Below, one piece after another: positions 31,983 through 39,996 of a DNA stretch of 64,000 nt; the first letter of the stretch is position 1; each line of letters starts with the position of its first letter. Made by a program: the position numbers and the translations under genes. The stretch is taken from positions 128,001-192,000 of the forward strand of contig CAVXGR010000021.1 in the NCBI GenBank assembly GCA_963761335.1, read 5' to 3'. The stretch is from an uncultured delta proteobacterium. Lineage in GTDB: Bacteria > Desulfobacterota > Binatia > HRBIN30 > BPIQ01. The notes beneath the pieces were generated by a model. That model was given only the letters and a program-made list of their open reading frames with translations. It was not told where the DNA came from and searched no databases.

Positions 31983-34164
31983 ATGGCGCACTGGTATAGC
32001 AAGGCGGTACTACTGGCCGTTCCTCTGATCCTCATCTTCTCGCAGCCCGGGCGCGCCCTGCCGATACTCGGAGGGGATCAGTTACTCGAGCCAGATTCTG
32101 GGTGGCTGCAGCGATCCGCTCACCTGTGTTCTCGATTCCACGAACGCCACGGCGCACCTGAACGCCGAGGAAACGAATCGCTACACGCTGGCCTTCGGCC
32201 TCAATGTCAACGCCGACGCCGGCTTTCTGGGGACCGCCGTTGAAGCGGAAGCCGCGAAGTACACCGTGGATTTCACCGTCACCGCCGTCAACTACGAAGT
32301 GACCATCACCGCTCGCCGCGTCGGCGTCCTCCGCCGCAGCGCGGATGATCCTCCCTGTGGTGGCACAGTGACCCTCATGGAGATGGCCGCCCCGACCCTG
32401 GTCCTCAACGGCGGCGCCGCGTCAATAAGCCTTAAGGAGGTCGTCTTTCCCGAGGCAGTCGATCGCCGACGGCGGCAGTACAGTGGACCAGGGGGTAAGC
32501 GGCGAGCAGTCGGCGACGGTCCGGTATGGCAACATGCCCACGCCGAGTCACTTTTCTCTCAGCTTCGTCATGAGCGCCGTGGCAGTCAGCAGCTCGTGCG
32601 AGGTGTCGGCCCGCTTGGGCGCTCCCAATGGGGGGACCTCCGGCTGCAGTGCCTGCGACTATCCCGGTGACGGAAACCGCGACATCGGCGCCGACGGGCT
32701 GTTCGTCGAAATCACCGCCGTCGACCTCGATGCGGCGACGGGGTGGTGGAGCCTCCAGAGCAGATTTTTAATGAGATTAGAGAGATGATAGAATCTGTGG
32801 GGCTCGGTTCTTCCCCTCCGTGGACCGTACGAGCTCTGACTGGAAGTAGTGGGCTCTGTCCGCCCGATCTCAAGTCGCCGGCAGGAACAGCGTGCGATTC
32901 TGATGGCGATCCCTGTACCGAGGACCAGTGCAACGCCAGCGGACAGTGCCTGCATACGCAGATTCCGGGGCCGTGTCCGGAACGCTGCGGCAACGGGCAG
33001 GTCGATCCCGGCGAGGACTGCGACCTCGGCAAGATATCCAACGGCGACCCGAGCAACTGCTGCGACGCGACCTGCAAGTATCGCTCGAACGGCTCGTCCT
33101 GCACCGACGGTCTGTTCTGCAACGGCGACGAGAGCTGCACCGACGGCGTCTGCGCCGCATCGGTCGGCGACCCGTGCAGCGGGCTCGGGAGCTGTGCGGT
33201 CTGCGACGAGGCCAACAACCTCTGCGACACCTCGGCGTGCGCGACCACGCCGACGCCCACGCCGACGGCGCCGGCCGCCGGCACGGGGACTCCGACACCT
33301 ACGACCGCGAGCGCGCCGACAGGCGGTCTGCCGCTGCAGCCGACGCGGGAGCTCCTCATCGGCGAGGTCTTCGACGGCGACGGGGTTCGCTTCGACACCA
33401 GCGCCGCAGGCAGAGTGCGCGGCACCCTCGACCTCGACGCCAACGGCGACCTGCGCTTCACCGCCGCCGATCTGGCGCGCCTGCCGCGCTGCGAGGCCGA
33501 TGCGCTTCTGATCGGCGGTGTCTGCATCGACAAGGACGAGGCGAGTGTGTGGAGCAACCCGCCCGGCTCGGCGTCGATGGGAACGCAGTACGGGCTGAGC
33601 GACGCCGATTACCCGTGCGCCGGGGACGGGCAGGACTGCCACGAGCAGATCTACGCGCGCAGCCTCGCGGGGGTGACCCCGTCGGCGTACATCACCTGGC
33701 TGCAGGCGCAGCAGGCGTGTGCCAACATCGGCAAGCGGCTGCCGACCAACGCCGAATGGCAGAGAGCGGCAGCAGGCACACCGGATACGGGCGGCTCCGA
33801 CAACGGCACGACCGACTGTGCCACCGACGACGGAGGCGTCCAGTCGACCGGATCGCGGTCGGGCTGCGTATCGAAGTGGGGCACTTACGACATGGTTGGA
33901 AACGTGTGGGAGCTGGTCGCCGACTGGATGCCGGTGTCGACCGTCTGCCCCGGATGGCAGCTTGGGAGCGACGACGACATGTGTCTGTCGGGGGCGAGTC
34001 TCGTCGCGAACTACCCGGGGGCGCTGATTCGCGGCGGCGCCGCCGGCTTTGGCGCCGCCGCCGGCCCGCTGGCCGTACGCGCCGACTTCGCCGGACCCGG
34101 AAACTATGCCGGGGCCATCGGCTTCCGCTGCGCGCGGGCACGCGAGGTGATTCATGGACAATGA
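31983..34164 (+). CDS. Secreted modular protein: N-terminal domain (frameshifted), Cys-rich repeats, Pro/Thr linker, C-terminal FGE-sulfatase/Mtd-like C-type lectin domain
   Basis: Signal peptide after GGAGG; CGNGQVDPGEDCD; ITWLQAQQAC, KRLPTNAEW, DMVGNVWE, GFRCAR. Confidence 0.8.
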
Positions 34165-34945
34165 CGTGAGACCGAGTCGCTTTCGATGTCGCCTCGCCGT
34201 AGGCGCGCTCGCCTTTTCGTTGGCCGCGGTCACCTCCTCTTTCGCCATCTGTGCGGACGACGCCGTCCTCGTCGGGGGCACCATCTGCGTCGACAGGTAC
34301 GAGGCGAGCGTGTGGAGTCAGCCCCCGGGCGGCGCCGACAAGGGGACCGAGTACGGCGTGGCCGTCGACGACTACCCGTGCGGCGATAGCGGCCAGGACT
34401 GCGACAACATCTTCGCCGCCAGCCGCGCCGGGGAGATCCCGTCGGGAAACATCACCTGGTTCCAGGCCCAGCAGGCGTGCGCCAATGTCGGCAAGCGACT
34501 GCTGACCAATGCCGAGTGGCAGCTCGCAGTGGCGGGGACGCCGGACACCGGAGGCTCCGACAACGGCACGACCGACTGCAACACCAAGGATCTCGCCGGC
34601 GGCACGGGCGGCGGGCGCGGCGTATCGCTGCGGACGGCGACGCCCGCGGGGTCGCGCTCGGGCTGCGTGTCGAGGTGGGGAGTGTACGACATGGTGGGCA
34701 ACGTTTTCGAATGGGTGGCGGATTGGGTGCCGCGCGCGGCCCTCTGCGTGGGGTGGGGCGATTTCAGCGACGACTTCATGTGCTACGCCGGGGCAAGTGG
34801 GGCAGCGGGTCAGGCCGGCGCGCTCCTCCGGGGCGGCTCCCGCGGCTCTCGCGAGAAGGCGGGGCCGCTCACCATCCAGGGCGAGTTTGGCTCGCTCTCT
34901 TTTGAGCACGAGTTCGGCTTTCGCTGCGCTCGACCGACGAGCTGA
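34154..34945 (+). CDS. Secreted FGE-sulfatase/Mtd-like C-type lectin domain protein (paralog 2)
   Basis: Signal peptide, CVDRYEASVW, KRLLTNAEW, DMVGNVFEW, LLRGG, GFRCAR. Confidence 0.88.
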   Translation: MDNDVRPSRFRCRLAVGALAFSLAAVTSSFAICADDAVLVGGTICVDRYEASVWSQPPGGADKGTEYGVAVDDYPCGDSGQDCDNIFAASRAGEIPSGNITWFQAQQACANVGKRLLTNAEWQLAVAGTPDTGGSDNGTTDCNTKDLAGGTGGGRGVSLRTATPAGSRSGCVSRWGVYDMVGNVFEWVADWVPRAALCVGWGDFSDDFMCYAGASGAAGQAGALLRGGSRGSREKAGPLTIQGEFGSLSFEHEFGFRCARPTS

Positions 34946-34982
34946 TCCGATGGCCAGCGAAGAGCAGCACGGAGACGAACAC

Positions 34983-35804
34983 ATGGAGAACGAGAGGGCT
35001 GGCATGGCGGCCATCGGGATGCCGGCCGTCCACCGCCTGCGCCGGCTCGCCGTGGGCGCCGCCGTGTTGCTGGCGGTGCTCGGCTTGGCGTCTGCCGAGG
35101 CGTCCGCGGCCTGTGCCGACGACGCCGTGCTCGTCGGCGGTCTCTGCGTCGACAAGTACGAGGCGAGCGTGTGGAGCAATCCGCCCGGGGGCGCGCCGGG
35201 GACACAGTACGGCATCGACAACACGAGATATCCGTGCAGTCTCACCGGCGAGAACTGCGACCAGATCTATGCCGCCAGTTTGGAAGGGGTGACGCCGTCG
35301 CAGGAAATCACCTGGTTCCAGGCGCAGCAGGCCTGCGCCAACGTCGGCAAGCGTCTGCTGACCAACGCCGAGTGGCAGATGGCGGCGGCGGGCACGCCGG
35401 ACACCGGCGGCGCCGACGACCACACGAGCACCTGCAACACGGACAACACCGCAGGGATCACTGTGGTGCCTTCCGGGTCGCGGGCCGCCTGCGTCTCCGC
35501 CTGGGGCGCCTACGACATGGTGGGCAACCTCTGGGAGTGGACGGCGGACTGGGTGCTGCGCTCCGATAGCTGTCCCGGATGGGCTGGGTTCAGCGACGAT
35601 CTGATGTGCTTCGCGGGAGCCGACACGACCGTGCCTGTGCCGGGGAGCAGCAGTGCCAGTCAGGCCGGACCCGGCGCCCTCCTGCGCGGCGGCGCCTTCA
35701 CGACCAATGCGGGCGCCGGTCCCCTGGCGATCAGTGGTCTCGAGGCGCCGACCGAGCCGATCGCCTACGGCACCGGCCTCGGATTCCGCTGCGCTCGCCC
35801 ATAG
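34983..35804 (+). CDS. Secreted FGE-sulfatase/Mtd-like C-type lectin domain protein (paralog 3)
   Basis: Signal peptide, CVDKYEASVW, KRLLTNAEW, DMVGNLWEW, LLRGG, GFRCAR. Confidence 0.88.
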   Translation: MENERAGMAAIGMPAVHRLRRLAVGAAVLLAVLGLASAEASAACADDAVLVGGLCVDKYEASVWSNPPGGAPGTQYGIDNTRYPCSLTGENCDQIYAASLEGVTPSQEITWFQAQQACANVGKRLLTNAEWQMAAAGTPDTGGADDHTSTCNTDNTAGITVVPSGSRAACVSAWGAYDMVGNLWEWTADWVLRSDSCPGWAGFSDDLMCFAGADTTVPVPGSSSASQAGPGALLRGGAFTTNAGAGPLAISGLEAPTEPIAYGTGLGFRCARP

Positions 35805-35933
35805 TTCCCTGGGAGCGCGGCCATCCTGGCCGCAGCGCGGCACGGATCAGCCCCAACGCAACACTTCGAGCCGCCCGTTTCATTGACAGCGCGCCAGAAG
35901 CGTCGCAGAACGGATTCCAGCGGTTCGATCGAT

Positions 35934-36842
35934 ATGCTGGACACCCGTACCCCCGCACTGAAGAAGCTCTCTCCGGAGGAGAGGCGACAGTTCGACACCG
36001 CGGGATACGTCTTTCCGCTGCCAATCCTCTCCGACCAAGAGGTGGCCGTCTATCGCGAGCATCTGCGCAACTTTCTCGCCGGTCCGGACTGGCCGATCAC
36101 GACCCGCAGCCGCAACAAGCCGCATCTCTATCTCAAGTGGGTCGGCGATCTGGTTCGGCACCCTGTGCTGCTCGACGCGGTGGAGGACATCCTCGGTCCC
36201 GACCTGCTCATCTGGCAATGCCGGCTGTATTTCAAGCCGACGACGACGTCGGTTGTCCCGTGGCACTGCGATACCCAGTTCGGTGAGTTGAGCAGCGATG
36301 AGGTCGTCGCTGCCTGGATCGCGCTCACCGACAGCCGGCCAGAAAATGGCGGCCTCCAGTTCGAGCCGGGCTCGCACCTCCACAACGCCAAGATCACCCG
36401 CCGCGGTGCGCTGCCCTCCGGTCCCGCGGTAGGCATCGACGTGGTTCTCCGCCCGGGAGAGGCCTCGCTGCACGACGTGCGCACCACACATCGCTCGGGT
36501 GCCAACCGCACCGCGGAGCCCCGCTGTGGGATCGTGGTCCGCTACATCCCGGCGCGGCTGCGCCCGTGTCGCCGCGGGGCGGCGGCGACCCTGGTCCGTG
36601 GCACCGTGCCCGACAACCGTTTCGCGCTCGAGCCGGCGCCGCGATTCGACCGCGATCCGGTTGCTCTCGTCTGGCACTCCCGCGCCCTGCGCGAACGCCG
36701 GCGAGAGATTCTGCGTTCGGTGCTGCGAAACCCACGAGACAGATTCGTCGTCACGCTGAAATTCCTCCGCGAGAAACTCCGACAAGGGCGCGGGCAGTCG
36801 GTGCTCGAAGGCGCAGATCGTGGATCGAGCGGTGAGCCGTAA
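35934..36842 (+). CDS. Fe(II)/2-oxoglutarate dioxygenase, PhyH family
   Basis: AVEDILGPDLL, PWHCD (HxD), AWIALTD, PGSH, HRSGAN. Confidence 0.9.
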   Translation: MLDTRTPALKKLSPEERRQFDTAGYVFPLPILSDQEVAVYREHLRNFLAGPDWPITTRSRNKPHLYLKWVGDLVRHPVLLDAVEDILGPDLLIWQCRLYFKPTTTSVVPWHCDTQFGELSSDEVVAAWIALTDSRPENGGLQFEPGSHLHNAKITRRGALPSGPAVGIDVVLRPGEASLHDVRTTHRSGANRTAEPRCGIVVRYIPARLRPCRRGAAATLVRGTVPDNRFALEPAPRFDRDPVALVWHSRALRERRREILRSVLRNPRDRFVVTLKFLREKLRQGRGQSVLEGADRGSSGEP

Positions 36843-37743
36843 ATCAGCAGGAGCGGGAATCCTCTCTGCGGCAGAGGTGGATCAGTACTGGCGAGACGGC
36901 TATCTCTTCCCGATTCCCGTGCTCTCCACCGTCGAGGTCGAGCACTATCGGCGCCAGATGGATGTGCTCATCCGCCGCCACGGCTGGCCGTTGGATCCGC
37001 GGTGCCGCCACAAGCCGCACCTGCACCTGCACTGGGTCAGCGAGCTGGCCCGACATCCGCGGATTCTGGATGCGGTGCAGGACATCCTCGGGCCGGACCT
37101 GCTGCTGTTCAACTCGTGGTTCTTCGTCAAGCCCGCGAACGACGCGAGCGAGATCGCCTGGCACCGCGACTCCGTGTACGGACTGGTGGAGAACGACGAG
37201 GGCGTCACCGCATGGGTGGCGCTCACCGACAGCACACCCGAGAATGGCTGCGTGCAGTTCGCCGCCGGCACGCATCGCGATGCGGCCTCGACGAACGGCA
37301 ACGAATTCCTCCGCGGCGAGGCAGTGGCAAAAGCGCCGGAGGGGCGAACGGCGCAGGCGATCATCTTCGCCGGACAGATGTCGCTCCATCACGTGCGCGT
37401 GATTCACGCCTCGGACGGTAATCGCACCGCTGGCATGCGGGCCGCCGTCGCGCTGCGTTACCTGGGCGGCCGCACGGAGCCGCGCAAGCAGGGGCAGCAG
37501 GCGACCTTGGTGCGGGGAACGCTCTCCGCCAGCTACGCCCTCGAGGCGCTGCCGGGGCGGGACGATGACCCGGCGGCGATGGCGTGGCATGCGCGCTCCT
37601 TTCGCCGGCACTCGCTCGAGCTTTTGCGCCAGGCGCTGCGCCGGCCATCGCGCTTCACGCGGGCGCTGCGCATACTCACTCGACCCGCCAACCTGCGCGC
37701 CGCGGCCTATTCCGTGCTGCGCTGGTCGCTTCGCGGCCCGTGA
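36820..37743 (+). CDS. Fe(II)/2-oxoglutarate dioxygenase, PhyH family (paralog)
   Basis: AVQDILGPDLL, AWHRD, AWVALTD, AGTH, IHASDGN. Confidence 0.9.
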   Translation: MDRAVSRKSAGAGILSAAEVDQYWRDGYLFPIPVLSTVEVEHYRRQMDVLIRRHGWPLDPRCRHKPHLHLHWVSELARHPRILDAVQDILGPDLLLFNSWFFVKPANDASEIAWHRDSVYGLVENDEGVTAWVALTDSTPENGCVQFAAGTHRDAASTNGNEFLRGEAVAKAPEGRTAQAIIFAGQMSLHHVRVIHASDGNRTAGMRAAVALRYLGGRTEPRKQGQQATLVRGTLSASYALEALPGRDDDPAAMAWHARSFRRHSLELLRQALRRPSRFTRALRILTRPANLRAAAYSVLRWSLRGP

Positions 37744-37807
37744 TCTGCGGTCACGCCCATCCGCTCGCGCTTCAACATCCACACCATCAATAGCCCACCC
37801 CCTTTTC

Positions 37808-39913
37808 TCAGACGTACATCGTCGAGACGTACTCGCGCAGCATGCGCTCGGCAGTGAAGCGGGGAATGACGGTTTGCATCGAGCGCTTGACGCGCTGCAG
37901 CCAGGCGCGAGGCACGCCGTCGGCGTCCCGCTGGTAGAAGAGCGGGATGACCTGCTGCTCGACGAGATCGAAGAGAGCCGCGGCGTCATGGTCGTCCTGG
38001 ACGTTGGCATCGGCGGCGGGCGAGGCAATCGCCCAGCCGTTGTCGCCGTCGTAGGCTTCTTCCCACCAGCCGTCGAGGACGCTCAGGTTGAGGCCGCCGT
38101 TGAGGGCGACCTTCATGCCGCTGGTGCCGCTCGCCTCGAGCGGTGGCCGCGGCAGGTTGAGCCAGAGATCGACGCCAGCGATGATGCGCGGCGCCATGTG
38201 CAGGTCGTAGTTCTCCAGGAAGGCGACGTGCTCGCCGACCAGCGGCGCGCTCTTCAGCTGGAAGAACCCGTGTAGGGCGTTCTTTGCCTCCTGATCCTGT
38301 GGATGCGCCTTGCCGGCGACCACCAGCTGGATCGGCGTCTGCTCGCTGCGCAGCAGGGCCAGCGCCCGTTCCGGATTGCGCACCAGGAGGTAGAAGCGCT
38401 TGTAGGTGGCGACGCGGCGCGCGAAGCCGATGGTGAGCACCGCCGGGTCGAAGGTGCGCGCCGCCTCCTCGACGTACGCCGGCGTCTCGCCGCGGCCGAG
38501 CCGATCGTAGACGGAGCGCTCACGCACGTAGTCGACGAGCGCCCGTCGCTGCTCGCAGCGGACCTTCCACAGGTCCTCGTCGGGGATGGCGCCGAGCTGC
38601 TGCCGCAGCCCCGGATCCGACAGCCGTCGCCGCCAGCCCTCGCCGAGATTGCGGTCGAGAAGTGTCTGCATCGGTGCCGCCATCCAGGTGGTGGTGTGCA
38701 CACCGTTGGTCACGTAGCCGATCGGCACGTCGGCGGCCGCCCGATCCGGCCACATCGGTTGCCACATGGCGCGCGCTACCTCGCCGTGGCGCCGGGAGAC
38801 GGCGTTGGCGGCGCGGCTGGTGTGCAGCGCCAGCGGCGTGATGTTGGCGGCGGCGCTGTGGTCTCCCGGCGACACCCGCCCGAGATCGTAGAAGATGCTG
38901 CGCGGCACCCCTAGGTGGTCGATGAAGGAGCCGAGCACCGGCTCGATCTCCTGCTCGAGATAGCCCTCGTTGCCGGCCGCGACCGGGGTGTGGGTGGTGA
39001 ACACCGTCTGGCTGCGGACGTGCTCGAGAGCCTCCTCGACGGGGACGCCGCCTTTCAGCATCTGCCGCAGGCGCTCGAGGCTGCTGAGCGCCGCGTGCCC
39101 TTCGTTGAGGTGGACCAGGCTCGGCCGGATACCGAGCGCCTCGAGGGCGCGCACGCCGCCGATACCGAGAACGGCGTACTGGGCCAGACGCGTGTGGCGA
39201 TCGCCGACATAGAGGCGGGAGGTGATCCAGCGATCGATCGGATGATTGTCGTCGCAGTCGGTGTCGAGGAGGTAGAGCGGCACGCGGCCGACATCCACGC
39301 GCCATATCTGAATCCGGATCTCGCGCCCGCGGATGACCACCTGAACGCTGAGCGGTTCACCGCCAGCACCAGTGACCGGCACCACCGGCAGCCGGCTGTA
39401 GTCCGTCTTGACCCAGTACTCATGTTGCCAGCCGGTGACGTCCAGGCGTTGCGAGAAGTAGCCCTGGCGGTAGAGGAGGCCGACGCCGACCATGGGCACG
39501 GCCAGGTCGGAGGCCGCCTTCAGCAGGTCGCCGGCGAGAATCCCGAGGCCGCCGCCGTAGAGCGGCAGCGAGCAATGGACCCCGAACTCGCTGCAGAAGT
39601 AGGCGACCGGGGTCTGCGGCGGGATGCCGGCGAAGGGTGCGCGGCGCAGGTCATCGTCGAGAGCCCGGGTCGCGGCCGCGACCCGGGAGATGTACTCGTC
39701 GCGCGCGACCAGCCGTCGCAGCCGATGCGGTGCGGTTCCCTCGATGACGTGGCGCGGGTTGCACTCGCTGTGCCGCCAGAGCTCGGGATCGATGTCGCGG
39801 AAGAGCCCGGCGCCGCCGGCTGTCCATGCCCAGCGATAGTTGTAGGCGAGCCGGGCGACCGGGGCGAGCGGAGGTGGAAGCCACTCGGCGAGCTCTGCCA
39901 CGGCGCGCTCCAC
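37808..39913 (-). CDS. glgP: Alpha-glucan (glycogen) phosphorylase
   Basis: YGGGLGILAGD, HLNEGH, FARRVATYKR, EASGTSGMK PLP-lysine motif; GTG start after GGAGG. Confidence 0.95.
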   Translation of the reverse strand: MERAVAELAEWLPPPLAPVARLAYNYRWAWTAGGAGLFRDIDPELWRHSECNPRHVIEGTAPHRLRRLVARDEYISRVAAATRALDDDLRRAPFAGIPPQTPVAYFCSEFGVHCSLPLYGGGLGILAGDLLKAASDLAVPMVGVGLLYRQGYFSQRLDVTGWQHEYWVKTDYSRLPVVPVTGAGGEPLSVQVVIRGREIRIQIWRVDVGRVPLYLLDTDCDDNHPIDRWITSRLYVGDRHTRLAQYAVLGIGGVRALEALGIRPSLVHLNEGHAALSSLERLRQMLKGGVPVEEALEHVRSQTVFTTHTPVAAGNEGYLEQEIEPVLGSFIDHLGVPRSIFYDLGRVSPGDHSAAANITPLALHTSRAANAVSRRHGEVARAMWQPMWPDRAAADVPIGYVTNGVHTTTWMAAPMQTLLDRNLGEGWRRRLSDPGLRQQLGAIPDEDLWKVRCEQRRALVDYVRERSVYDRLGRGETPAYVEEAARTFDPAVLTIGFARRVATYKRFYLLVRNPERALALLRSEQTPIQLVVAGKAHPQDQEAKNALHGFFQLKSAPLVGEHVAFLENYDLHMAPRIIAGVDLWLNLPRPPLEASGTSGMKVALNGGLNLSVLDGWWEEAYDGDNGWAIASPAADANVQDDHDAAALFDLVEQQVIPLFYQRDADGVPRAWLQRVKRSMQTVIPRFTAERMLREYVSTMYV

Positions 39914-39996
39914 GTCGCGCCTCCCATCGCGAGAAGAGAGGGGTTGAGGTGTTGCGGTGTTGGGTGTTGAGGACGAACCTTTCATCCGCAAGTACT

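Noticed and set aside
33480..35880. Complete diversity-generating retroelement
   Set aside because: No reverse transcriptase, Avd or template repeat visible; the three 3' ends differ in length and at non-adenine positions, so they are not recent products of one template
35934..37743. SyrB2-type halogenases
   Set aside because: Both keep the HxD carboxylate ligand (HCD, HRD); halogenases have Ala or Gly there
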